DNA of 64,000 nt. It comes from Anaeramoeba ignava BMAN (lineage: Eukaryota > Protista > Anaeramoebae). Shown piece after piece: positions 11,201 to 23,965 of this stretch (within the stretch, counting starts at the first letter, position 1; each line of letters starts with the position of its first letter). The notes beneath the pieces are model-generated. The model searched no databases. It was not told where the DNA came from and saw only the letters and a program-made list of their open reading frames with translations. The stretch spans positions 62,001 through 126,000 of the forward strand of contig JAPDFW010000054.1 in NCBI GenBank assembly GCA_028826165.1, given 5' to 3'. Made by a program: the position numbers and the translations under genes.

Positions 11201-14179
11201 AATCAAAATCAAAATCTAAATGAAAATCAAAATCAAAATCAAAATCAAAATCAAAACCAAAATGAAAATCAAAACCAAAATGAAAATCAAAATCAAAATC
11301 AAAATCAAAATCAAATTCAAAATCAAAATCAAAATCAAAATCAAAATCAAAATCAAAATCAAAATCAAAATCAAATTCAAAATCAAATTCAAAATCAAAA
11401 TCAAAATGAAGAATATCATCTTATTATTAGTGAAGATAAAGATAAAGAAAATGAAAATGAAAATGAAAACAAAAATATTGAAACTCAAGAAAACAACAAT
11501 ATTTCTCCATTTCACATTTTAGTTCGTAAATTACAGCAAATACTCAATAAATTCGAACAATTTCCTGTAATATTACTTTCTCAACCAAAACATCAGCTTT
11601 TTGATCGATTGATCCGAATAATTTTTATTACACCAAGAAATGAAAAGAAAATACTCAAAATTTCAAGTGATGAAATTTATATAGATCCTTTCATTACAGT
11701 AAAAAAAATGAAGAAAGTTATCACAGATAAAATATATGGAAACGTGAATATTTTTGATCAGATTTATGAGGAGTTATTACTATAGTTATTCAAATGAAGA
11801 AGATAATGAAAGAGTTCATGAAATTTTAATTCCAGATAAAGAAATTGAGAATCAGTACAATATTTTTGAAAAGAATAACTCTGATTTATTATCACCCATC
11901 ATTAGAAAACCAAATAACGCCAATCAAGTACCTATTAACTCTTGAAATTCAAGGAGTTGCTCTTGAATCTCAACGCTGTTTATTGCAAGAATTGTATAAA
12001 ATTTTGTTTCTAAATCACCATTCAAAAAACGAAAAGGATTTTTTGGTTAAATCATTGAGCGAAGAATATCATGGATTAATAGACCACATTTTTGAAAGTT
12101 CACATGAAATTATTATTAGAAGTTCAGAAGCAAAGAATCATCAAGAAAAATCCCCCAAAAAATCATTAACAAAACATAATTCAAAAACTAAAACGAAAAA
12201 TCCAAACAAAAAGATCAAAACCAAAAACGAAAATTCGAATCAAAAACCCAAAAAGCACACTTTGAAGGATAATCTTTCCAATATCCCAACTAAAAGAAAT
12301 GAAAATTTAACGAATTTATTAGAAAAATATGGATCTCTTCAATCATGGATTCGAAAGTTAATTTTTTTGGAGAAAGACGAAGATTTTTTTCAAGTTAAAA
12401 TTCCCAATTTGAATGAAGAAGAAAAACAGGATTTTTTGCAAAACCAAAAACTTGCACTAAAAATAATTAAGTTACTTTATGCCTTGCATGAAATAAACAA
12501 AAGTTGGTTTTTTCTTGAACAGATTGATGAGAACTTTATTAATTATATCAATTCTTACCAACAAGCAATTTCAGATTCTGAATTTATTTCCAAAAGATTA
12601 TCATTAAAGCTTTTCCGGCAACTTGGAGATCAATTTATAGTTTATAGTTATTATTCAATGCCGAAGTGGATTGCGATGTTGATGAAGAAGGATTTCCTGT
12701 TTCTTTTTCCTTTCAATGTTAGGCTTTTGTATTTCAGATTAAAATTGGTTGGGATAGTTCGTTCAGTCTTGCAATTACAAATGAGTTTGGAGAAGCATGT
12801 TGAGGATTACAAGAACATCAAGCTTCTCCGTTTAAACCGATTCAAAATACGAATTGATCGCAAAATGTTGATGAAAAGCTTTATCAAATTAATGAAAATG
12901 CCCAAAATTCGAGGGGAATTGATGGTTGAAGTTGAGTATTTCGACGAAGTTGGAGTTGGATCAGGACCAACAAACGAATTTTTTGATATCATTTCCCACG
13001 AATTGCAAAAGAAATATCTTGGTATTTGGATTGATCATGGAACAAATAAAAAGGATATTTATGATTCTTATGCAGAAACATCTTTTGGATTGTTTCCGTG
13101 TCCTTTGCTACAAGAAGAACTTGCCATAACTTTCAAGAGTTTTGAATCAAAATCGATCGAAGATTTTACAGTTTCTAGATTGGAGTTATTTTATTATATT
13201 GGGATATTTGTTGCACGTGCTATTATGGATGAAAGAATTTTAGATTTGTCTTTTTCATATCCTTTTTTCAAGTTAATAACTGGTGAATCTTTAACAATTA
13301 ATGATTTATTTTTGATTGAACCAGAAATTGCTAAAGCAATGATAGAATTTTCATGGTTAGTGACAAAATATGAAACAATTAAAAAAGACAGGATTGAACA
13401 AAAAATACGAGAAAAAGAAGAGAAATTAAAACGAAAAAAAGAAGAAGAGTCGAATGAAAACGATGAAGAAAAATCAATCAAAGTATCTCTTACTCGTGAG
13501 GAAGAGCTAGAAATTGAATCAGAACTTGAAGAAATGGAGGAGCTTAAGTATAAAAAGGTGAAAATTTCTGATCTAAGTTTAGATTTCACTCTTCCAGGTT
13601 ACCAAGAGATTGAGTTAATCCCGAATGGAAAAGAAACAGATGTTCAACTATCAAATTTATCCAAATATGTTCAACTTGTGTTGGAATATAAATTGGATGT
13701 TGGAATTCGAAAACAAGTTGGAGCATTTAAGAGAGGATTTAGTGAGGTTTTTCCTATTGAAAATATATCAATTTTTACATTTGAAGAATTTGATACACTT
13801 GATTAATGGATATCAAGAAAAATGGACAAAAGAATTATTATTAGAAAATATTAAATGTGAGCATGGATACACTGAAAAAGATAATCTTGTTCAGAATCTT
13901 GTGGAAATTTTATGTGATTTGGATCCAACAGAACAAAAACTTTTTTTGAAATTTGTAACAGGAAATTCTCGTCTTCCTGTTGGCGGAATTGCATGTCTTA
14001 ATCCAAGGCTTACTGTTGTTAAAAAGGATGTTGGCTGGTGTTTTCCTGATGATTATCTTCCTACTGTTATGACTTGTGCTAATTATTTAAAAATACCAGA
14101 TTATTCGACAAAAGATGTTTTGAAGAAAAGAATATTTAAAGCAATGAGAGATGGGCAATCAAGTTTTCATTTATCTTGA
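8237..14179 (+). CDS. TRIP12/UFD4/UPL3-type ARM-HECT E3 ubiquitin ligase (several 5' introns; multiple apparent frameshifts)
   Basis: N-terminus LTEINERIALGNEDSL; ARM region LQFIDFFSVHGQKISAAAAANMCR; FLFPFNVRLLYF; HECT VEYFDEVGVGSGPTNEFF, FLKFVTGNSRLPVGG, LPTVMTCANYLKIPDYS with catalytic Cys, terminal SFHLS. Frame breaks near 8342, 10385, 10950, 11780-11850 and 13800. Confidence 0.9.
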
Positions 14180-14189
14180 ACCAAACTTT

Positions 14190-17100
14190 TGAAAAATTTA
14201 TTTAAAAATTTATTCCGAAATCTATTTAAAAATTTATTCAATAATTTATTCCAAAATTTATTTAAAAATTGATTTAAAAATTGATTTAAAAATTTATTTA
14301 ATAATTTATTTAATAATTTATTTAAAAATTTATTTAAAAATTTATTCCGAAATTGATTTAAAAATTTACTCCAAAATTTATTTAAAAATTGATTTAAAAA
14401 TTTATTTAAAAATTTATTTAATAATTTATTTAAAAATCTATTCAAAAATTTATTCCGAAATTGATTTACAAATTTATTTTAAAATCTATTTAAAAATTTA
14501 TTTAAAAATTTATTCCAAAATTGATTTAAAAATTTATTTAAAAATTTATTTAAAAATTTATTTAAAAATTGATTTAAAAATCTATTTAATAATTTATTTA
14601 AAATTTATTTAAAAATTTATTTAAATTTAAAAATTTATTTAAAAATTTATTTAATTTATTTAAAATTGATTTAAAAATTTATTTAAAAATTTATTTAAAA
14701 ATTTATTTAAAAATTTATTTAAAAATTTATTTAAAAATTTATTTAATAATTTATTTAAAAATTTATTTAATAATTTATTTAAAATTTATTTAAAAATTTA
14801 TTTAAAATTTATTTAAAAATTTAAAAATTTATTTAAAAATTTATTTAAAAATTTATTTAAAAATTTATTTAAAATTTATTTAAAAATTTATTTAATAATT
14901 TATTTAATAATTTATTTAAAAATTTATTTAAAAATTTATTTAAAAATTTATTTAAAATTTATTTAAAAATTTATTTAAAAATTTATTTATTTAAAATTTA
15001 TTTAAAAATTTATTTAAAAATTTATTTAAAATTTATTTAAAAATTTATTTTAAAATTTATTTAAAAATTTATTTAAAATTTATTTAAAAAATTTAAAAAT
15101 TTATTTAAAAATTTATTTAAAAATTTATTTAAAATTTATTTAAAAATTTATTTATTCAAAATTTATTTAAAAATTTATTTAAAAATTTATTTTAAAATTT
15201 ATTTAATAATTTATTTAAAAATTTATTTAAAAATTTATTTAAAAATTTATTTAAAAATTTATTTAAAAATTTATTTAAAAAATTTATTTAAAAATTTATT
15301 TTAAAAATTTATTTAAAAATTTATTTAAAAATTTATTTAAAAATTTATTCAAAAAATTTATTTAAAAATTTATTTAAAAATTTATTTAAAAATTTATTTA
15401 AAAATTTATTTAAAAATTTATTTTAAAATTTATTTAAAAATTTATTTAAAAATTTATTTAATAATTTATTTAAAAATTTATTTAATAATTTATTTAAAAA
15501 TTTATTTAAAAATTTATTTAAAAATTTATTTAAAAATTTATTTAAAAATTTATTTAAAAATTTATTTAAAAAATTTAAAATTTATTTAAAATTTATTTTA
15601 AAATTTATTTAAAATTTATTTAAAAATTTATTTAAAAATTTATTTAAAAATTTATTTAAAATTTATTCAAAAATTTATTTAAAATTTATTTAAAATTTAT
15701 TTAAAAATTTATTTAAAAATTTATTTAAAAATTTATTTTAAAAATTTATTTAAAAATTTATTCAAAAATTTATTTAAAAATTTATTTAAAAAATTTAATA
15801 ATTTATTTAAAAATTTATTTAAAAATTTATTTAAAAATTTATTTAAAAATTTATTTAAAAATTTATTTAAAAATTTATTCAAAAATTTATTTAAAAATTT
15901 ATTTCAAAATTGATTTAATAATTTATTTAAAAATTTATTTTTTTATTTAATAAATTTAATTTATTTCAAAATTTATTTAAATTGATTTAAAAATTTATTT
16001 AAAAATTTATTTAAAAAATTTAAAAATTTATTTAAAATTTATTTAAAATTTATTTAAAATTTATTTAAAAATTTATTTATTTAAAATTTATTTAAAAATT
16101 TATTTAAAATTTATTTAATAATTTATTTAATAATTTATTTAAAATTTATTTAATAATTTATTTAAAAATTTATTTTAAAATTTATTTAAAATTTATTTAA
16201 AAATTTATTTAAAAATTTTAAAATTTATTTAATAATTTATTTAAAAATTTATTTAAAAATTTATTTAAAAATTTATTTAAAAATTTATTTAAAAATTTAT
16301 TTAAAATTTATTTAAAAATTTATTTAAAAATTTATTTAAAAATTTATTTAAAAATTTATTTAAAAATTTATTTAAAAATTTATTTAAAAATTTATTTTAA
16401 AAATTTATTTAAAATTTATTTAAAATTTATTTAAAAATTTATTTAAAAATTTATTTAAAATTTATTTAAAAATTTATTTAATAATTTATTTAAAAATTTA
16501 TTTAAAAATTTATTTAAAATTTATTAAAAAATTTATTTAAAAAATTGATTTATTTAAAAATTGATTTAAAATTTATTTAATTTATTTAAAAATTTATTTA
16601 AAAATTTATTTAAAAATTTATTTAAAAATTTATTTAAAAATTTATTTAAAAATTTATTTTAAAATTTATTTTAAAATTTATTTAAAAAAATTTGATTTAT
16701 TTAAAAATTTATTTAAAAATTTATTTAAAAATTTAATTTATTTAAAATTTATTTAAAAATTTATTTAAAAATTTATTTAAAAATTTATTTAAAAATTTAT
16801 TTAAAAATTTATTTAAAAATTTATTTAAAAATTTATTTAAAATTTATTTAAAAATTTATTTATTTAAAATTTATTTAAAAAATTTATTTAAAAATTGATT
16901 TAAAAATTTATTCCGAAATTGATTTAATAATTGATTTAAAAATTTATTTAATAATTTATTTAAAAATTTATTTAAAAATTTATTTAAAAATTTATTTAAA
17001 AATTAATTTAAAAATTTATTCAAAAATTTATTTAAAAATTGATTTAATAATTTATTTAAAAATTGATTTAAAAATTTATTTAAAAATTGATTTAAAAATT

Positions 17101-17210
17101 TATTTAATAATTTATTTAAAAATTTATTTAAAAATTTATTTAAAAATTTATTTAAAAATTTATTTAAAAATTGATTTAAAAATTGATTTAAAAATTTATT
17201 CCGAAATTGA
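14190..17210. repeat. ~3 kb 12-bp minisatellite (AAAAATTTATTT)n
   Basis: Tandem 12-mer with variants (aaattgattt, aataatttattt, ttattccga); clean at the edges, indel-ridden in the centre; lies between the convergent HECT and Beclin 3' ends. Confidence 0.95.
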
Positions 17211-17359
17211 TTTGCTTTTAATTTTATTCTTATTCTTCTTTCTTTTCTTTTTTTTTTTATAATTATTCCATTTGAAAATTTGGATATCAAAAAAAAAAAA
17301 GAAATTTTTGAAATAAAAATGGATTGAAAAAAAAATTTTAATTTTAATTTTAATTTAAT

Positions 17360-20300
17360 TTAATTTATATTGAACAATTTAGTTGTATTTTGAAGGAAAT
17401 TTGCTTCTTGAGAAATTGTCCAACATTTCATTTCTTTTAAATCAACAAGCATATGTTTTAAAGCAAGAGTCCAATTCGCTTCATTTGATTGAAGTTTAAT
17501 TGATAAATCACCAACTTTATCACCAGAAATTGGGAAATGAAATGAGAAATCTTTATCATGTTTCTTTGCAAATTCTCCAAGTTCTTGAATACATTCTAAA
17601 AACCAAACTAATGCTTGATCAAATCTTTTTCTTCCTGATTTTTTAAACATTCCATCTCCTGTATGATAAAGTTCATATATTTCATTTGAATGCATTTCTT
17701 CTTTTTTTGATTTTAATTCAATTCTTGAGAAATTTCCGTGTGGAATAATATGATATCTAAAAAATAGAAAAGATATTCCAATTTATTCAATTTATTCAAA
17801 ATATTCAAAATATTCAAAATATTCAATTTATTCAAAATATTTAAAATATTCAATTTATTCAATTTATCCAATTTATTCAAAATATTCAATTTATTTAATT
17901 TATTTAATTTATTCAAAATATTTAATTTATTCAAAATATTCAAAATATTTAAAATATTTAATTTATTCAAATTATTCAATTTATTTAATTTATTCAATTT
18001 ATCCAAAATATTCAATTTATTCAATTTATTCAATTTATTCAAAATATTTAAAATATTCAATTTATCCAAATTATTCAAAATATTTAAAATATTCAATTTA
18101 TTCAAAATATTTAATTTATTCAATTTATCCAATTTATTCAAAATATTCAATTTATTCAAAATATTTAAAATATTCAAAATATCCAAAATATTCAAAATAT
18201 TTAATTTATTCAAAATATTCAATTTATTTAATTTATTCAAAATATTTAATTTATTCAATTTATTCAATTTATTTAAAATATTCAAAAATATTCAATTTAT
18301 TTTAATTTATTCAAAATATTTAATTTATTCAAAATATTCAAAAATATATCCAATTTATTCAATTTATTCAAAATATTTAAAAATATTCAATTTATTCAAA
18401 ATATTTAAAATATTCAAAATATCCAAAATATTCAAAAATATTTAATTTATTTAAATTATTCAATTTATTCAATTTATTCAAAATATCCAAAATATTCAAA
18501 AATATTTAAAATATTTAAAATATTCAATTTATCCAAAATATTTAATTTATTCAATTTATTCAAATTATTCAAATTATCCAAAATATTTAATTTATTCAAA
18601 ATATTTTAAAATATTCAATTTATTCAATTTATTCAATTTATTCAAAATATTCAAAATATCCAAAAATATTCAAAATATTCAATTTATTCAAAATATTTAA
18701 AATATTTAATTTATTTAATTTATTTAATTTAAAAAATATTCAATTTATTCAATTTATTTAAAATATTCAATTTATTCAATTTATTCAATTTATTTCAAAT
18801 ATTCAAAATATTCAATTTATTCAATTTATTCAAAATATTTAATTTATTCAATTTATTTAAAATATTTAATTTATTCAAGATATCCAATTTATTCAAAATA
18901 TTCAAAATATTCAATTTATTTAAAATATTCAAAATATTCAATTTATTCAAATTATTCAAATTATTTAATTTATTCAATTTATTCAAATTATTCATAATAT
19001 TCAATTTATTCAATTTATTCAAAATATTCAATTTATTAATTTAAAATATTCAATTTATCCAAAATATTTAAGAAAATTGATAAAAATACTTTTTAAAACC
19101 ATAATTTAACCTTTTCCCTAAAGATTTCACAAGAAGAGCTGCTTGACCAAGACCAGCATTAATTTCATCCCAAGAAACAGGAACACTAGGCAAACGGCCC
19201 AATCTAAAACCAGAAATAGTACCAAAATGACCATCATGAGAAATCTTAAACAAATCATTCAAAACAGAAGTTCGAGATAATTTCTTTAATTCTTGATCTG
19301 ATACAAATAATTTACGCTCCATTTCAAATTTCCTTTGTTGATGTGTTTGTAAAATTAACTGAAAATTATTTAAATCTTGGAAATATTCTTGTTCATATTT
19401 TTCAAGCTCCTTTTCTTCATTCAATAACTCTTGCATTTGTTCTTCAAGTAATTCTCTTTCTTGATTAATTTCCCCATTTTCTTTCTTCATTGATTCAATA
19501 GATTTTTCATATTTAATTTTGTATTCATCAAAATTATTCAATTTTTCTTGTTTTGTGATTGTTTTATTCAAAAAGAATTTATCTTTCTCAATTTCCGATA
19601 AAAATTTGGAATATTTTGTGTTTTTTTCCATTTGTTCCTTCTTCATTTTCTCAACTTCTTGAATCATTGATTCAGTAATCTCTGTATTTAAAGGGTTTTC
19701 CATTTGAATGTTTTGAACAACTAAATTGAATATTTCATTGTTTGATAAAATTGAAAGAAATTCTTCTGCTGCTTCTTCATTAACATTTTCTATAGAATCT
19801 TTTTCAGTTTCTATTTGGATATTTTCACTTTCTTTTTCGATTGTTAAATTTTGTTGTTGATCATTTTTTGATTCATCAGTTTCAATTAATTTATTATTAT
19901 CTAAATTATTTTCATTTTGAGTTTTGGTTTTGATTTAAATTTTCATTTTGATTTTGATTTTCATTTTGATTTTGATTTTCATTTTCATTTTGATTTTGAT
20001 TTTCATTTTGATTTTCATTTTGAATTTCAATTTGAATTTCAATTTGATTTTGATTTTGATTTTGATTTTCATTTTGAATTTCATTTTGATTTTCATTTTG
20101 AATTTGATTTTGGTTTTGATTTAAATTTTCATTTTGAATTTCATTTTGATTTTCATTTTGATTTTGGTTTTGGTTTTGGTTTAAATTTTCATTTTCATTT
20201 TCATTTTGATTTTCATTTTGGTTTTCATTTTGATTTTGTTGTTGATCATTTTTTGATTCATCAGTTTCAATTAATTTATTATTATCTAAATTATTTTCCT

Positions 20301-20556
20301 TTTGGTTTTGATTTTGATTTAAATTTTCATTTTGATTTTGATTTTGATTTTGGTTTAGATTTTCATTTTCATTTTGATTTAAATTTTCATTTTGGTTTTC
20401 ATTTTGATTTTGGTTTTGGTTTTGGTTTTGATTTAAATTTTCATTTTCATTTTGGTTTTGGTTTTGATTTTGATTTTCATTTTGATTTTGATTTTCATTT
20501 TGATTTTGATTTTCATTTTGATTTAAATTTTCATTTTTGTTATTTATTGTTGTCAT
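17360..20556 (-). CDS. ATG6: Beclin-1/Atg6/Vps30
   Basis: Coiled coil followed by the BARA domain: NDLFKISHDGHFGTISGFRLGRLPSVPVSWDEINAGLGQAALL; intron 17757-19089; then YHIIPHGNFSRI, RFDQALVWFLECIQE, WTLALKHMLVDLK; N/Q-rich N-terminus with one apparent frameshift near 19915. Confidence 0.92.
17779..19066. repeat. 9-bp minisatellite (AATTTATTC/AAAATATTC)n filling the Beclin intron
   Basis: Direct inspection; source of the LNK/LNI pseudo-ORFs. Confidence 0.92.
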
Positions 20557-20661
20557 TTTATTATAAAAAGGAAGAATAAAATGTGAAAAAAAAAAATGAA
20601 AAAAATGATTTTTTTTTTGTTATTTTTTTTTATTTAAAAATTAAAAATTAAAAATTAAAAA

Positions 20662-21283
20662 TTATTTATCCAAATCTTGTTGAACATTAATTTGTTCGAT
20701 TAATGGTCGAATTTTCCTAAAAGAATTTGCAATATTTTCATAAAATGAAATTTGCGAATCAACATATTCCAACATCATTGATTTAAAATCATTATATCGA
20801 TTTACTCTAAAAAAGTTCTAAAATAATATTTTTTTTTAAATTGAATTTTTTAAATTGAATTTTTTGGATTTTTTAATTTTAAAATTTACAGCTTCAGCAA
20901 GTCCAATATTTGTCATTGTATCACTTGCTTTTTTTGCAAATTTTGCTTTTTGAGTAAAATTTTGGAATTTTTGATTATCCTATTTAAAAAATAAATAGAA
21001 ACAAAAATATTTTCCTAATTCAATTTTTTAATTTAAAATAATAATAACTTTTCCAGAATAACCATCTCCTTTTTGCATTTTAATCAATGAATTTTCTATT
21101 TGATGATAATCAAGTTGTGCTTTTTCTCTTGTTTTAAAAGGTAAGTTTAAATTATCTACCATTTGTTCATATTCATGAAAAGGAATAGAAATTCTATTTA
21201 ATTCAAAACGTCCCTAAAAATGTAATAAATAAATAAATAAATAAATCAATTAATCAATAAATCAATCAATCAATAAATCAATA

Positions 21284-21338
<55 letters not shown>

Positions 21339-23862
21339 AAATCAATAAATCAATCAATAAATAAATAAATAAATCAATCAATCAATCAATAAATAAATCA
21401 ATCAATCAATCAATAAATCAATAAATCAATCAATTAATCAATCAATCAATCAATCAATTAATCAATAAATAAATCAATAAATAAATAAATCAATCAATAA
21501 ATCAATAAATCAATCAAAAATAAATAAATAAATCAATCAATAAATCAATAAATCAATAAATAAATAAATCAATCAATAAATCAATAAATCAATAAATAAA
21601 TAAATCAATTAATAAATCAATCAATCAATCAATAAATAAATTAAATAAATAAATCAATAAATCAATCAATCAATAAATCAATTAATCAATAAATCAATAA
21701 ATCAATAAATAAATAAATCAATTAATCAATCAATCAATCAATAAATCAATAAATAAATTAGTAAATCTTTTTCTTCTTTCATTTTAATACTTGATTAACA
21801 TAAGTTTTAGCAATAGTTTGCCAAGTACTTCCAAGAGCTTCAAAAACTGCTTGCATTTGTTTTGAACATTCTTGTGCATTTTCTGGAATTTTACTTCTCC
21901 AATCAAAACTAGTTCTACTTAAATCTTGCCATAAAATTGATAATCTCATAAAAGCTTGATAAATATCTATTTAATTTTGATTTTGATTTTAATTTTAATT
22001 TTGAATTTTAATTTCAATTTTAATTTTAATTTTAATTTTAATTTTGATTTTGATTTTGATTTTGATTTTGATTTTGATTTTGATTTTGATTTTGATTTTG
22101 ATTTTGATTTTGATTTTGATTTTGATTTTGATTTTGATTTTGATTTTGATTTATATTTAAATTTTGATTTTGATTTATATTTATATTTAAATTTTGACAA
22201 CGAACTGTTTATCCAAAAATTTTGATTTTGATTTTTGATTTTAATTTTGATTTTCATTTTCATTTTTATTTTGATTTTTATTTTGATTTTATTTTTAATT
22301 TTAAATTTTTGTTAATTTTTTGATTTCTTTTTGATAATTTTTAATTTTAAAGATGTTTTGAACTCCTGTTATAACCAGATTTAAATTTTTTATTTTATCT
22401 CGAAATTCAACTGCATTATAACGAAATTTATCTAAAGATTGATTCATATCAATATCAGGAATATTTTCACAACGAACTGTTCTCCAAAAATGACGAAAAG
22501 ATTTTTCAATTTCTTTTTTATCTTTTGATAATTGCTGTTAATTTAATATTTTGAAATATTTTAGTAATTAAATCAATTAATTTTCTTTCTTTTTTTTTGA
22601 TAATTTTTTTTAATCTTTTTTACTTTTGAATCTTTTGAATGTAAAAAAGTCATTAAATGATTTGCTTTTCTTAAAATTGGATGTGATGTAATTCGATGAA
22701 AAAAATGTTGAATAAAAAACATTCTTAATCTTTCTTTTGAATCAAATCCAATTTTTGAAACTATTAAAAAATAAATTTTTTGAAATAAATTTGGATCATC
22801 TTTTTTTTTTAAATTTTACGTTGTAAATCAAGATCTAATAAAGGAGGAAGAAAAAGATTTGGATATAATTTTAAAAAGTATGTATAAACCCATTGAATAT
22901 CATCCCATTTAAATTCAGATTGTTTTCCATTAAACTGAATAATTTTTTTTTGAAATGATAGAAAAATATTCAATTCAATTTAATTCAATTCAATTCAATA
23001 TAATATTTAATATTTAATTCAATTCAATTCAATATTTAATTCAATTTAATTCAATTCAATTCAATATTTAATTCAATTTAATTCAATTCAATATTTAATT
23101 CAATATTCAATTTAATTCAATATTTAATTCAATATTTAATTTAATTCAATTCAATTCAATATTCAATTCAATTCAATTTAATTCAATTCAATATTTAATA
23201 TTAATACATCAATAATATAATGTAGAGTCTTTGAAAATCTTCCTTTTTCAACAGTTCCAATACATTTAATTTCAGATTCCCAAGAAGAATCAAAACCACT
23301 CCAAAGAAAACTTGGAAAGGAAATTTCATAAATTTCTTTTGATTTTGATTCTTTTGATTTTGATTCTTTTGATTTTGATTCTTTTGATTTTGATTCTTTT
23401 TGTTTTTTTGATTTCTTTTCTTTTTCATTTTGTTGTTCAACAATATTATTGTTATTGTTATTGTTATTGTTATTGTTATTGTTATTGTTATTGTTATTGT
23501 TATTGTTTTCTTGATTATCACTATCAATAATATTTAATTGAATATCATCATTTTCTTGTTCAGTTTTTTCAATTTCTTTAACATAACTAAATAGAAAAAT
23601 TAAATTGAAAAATTAAATTGAAAAATTAAATAGAAAGCAAAAAATTTTAAATGGAAAATATTTTTTTGGATTTATTTTTTAATTTATAAACTTACTTTCC
23701 TGGAAAAAGTCCATATTTATCTGTATCATTTTCTAAATAACCAGACCACCAACCTGAATTTTCATCTTTATTTGTAATAATAATTTTATCTCCTTGTTTA
23801 AAAGGTAATTCTCCTTCTTCTTTTCCTTCAAATTCAAATTCAGCAATTGCAATTTGATTCAT
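20662..23862 (-). CDS. SH3-PX-BAR sorting nexin (SNX9/18/33-like), multi-exon; essentially missed by the ORF track
   Basis: Exon 1 MNQIAIAEFEFEGKEEGELPFKQGDKIIITNKDENSGWWSG...GLFPG|NYV (SH3); PX pieces WDDIQWVYTYFLKLYPNLFLPPL and ERLRMFFIQHFFHRITSHPIL; BAR end RYNDFKSMMLEYVDSQISFYENIA; the segment 21970-22350 looks garbled. Confidence 0.78.
21226..21760. repeat. (AATC/AATA)n tetranucleotide microsatellite in a sorting-nexin intron
   Basis: Direct inspection. Confidence 0.9.
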
Positions 23863-23965
23863 TTTTAAATAATAAAAAAAAAATGAAAAAAAAAATTAAA
23901 AATTTCAAAATTCATTTTTTTTTTCTTTTTTTTTAATTAATCAATTTTATATAAAAAAAAAATAA
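23863..23965. promoter_or_regulatory. 103-bp bidirectional promoter with TCATTTT initiator-like motifs on both strands
   Basis: Divergent ATGs at 23862 (-) and 23966 (+); aaatgaaaa at ~23881 and ttcattttt at ~23911. Confidence 0.55.

Noticed and set aside
8237-14179. Programmed frameshifting, stop readthrough or pseudogenisation in the HECT gene (also IQGAP, EPG5, RCC1-BTB copies, STRA6-like 59978)
   Set aside because: Breaks are mostly single-base indels in homopolymers or low-complexity runs, spread across many conserved genes with intact catalytic motifs; long-read consensus error is the simplest explanation and needs read-level confirmation
21970-22350. Partial duplicate of a sorting-nexin exon (caacgaactgtt..ccaaaaa at ~22198 and ~22470) and a missing splice donor
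   Set aside because: Most likely local mis-assembly next to a microsatellite rather than a non-canonical intron
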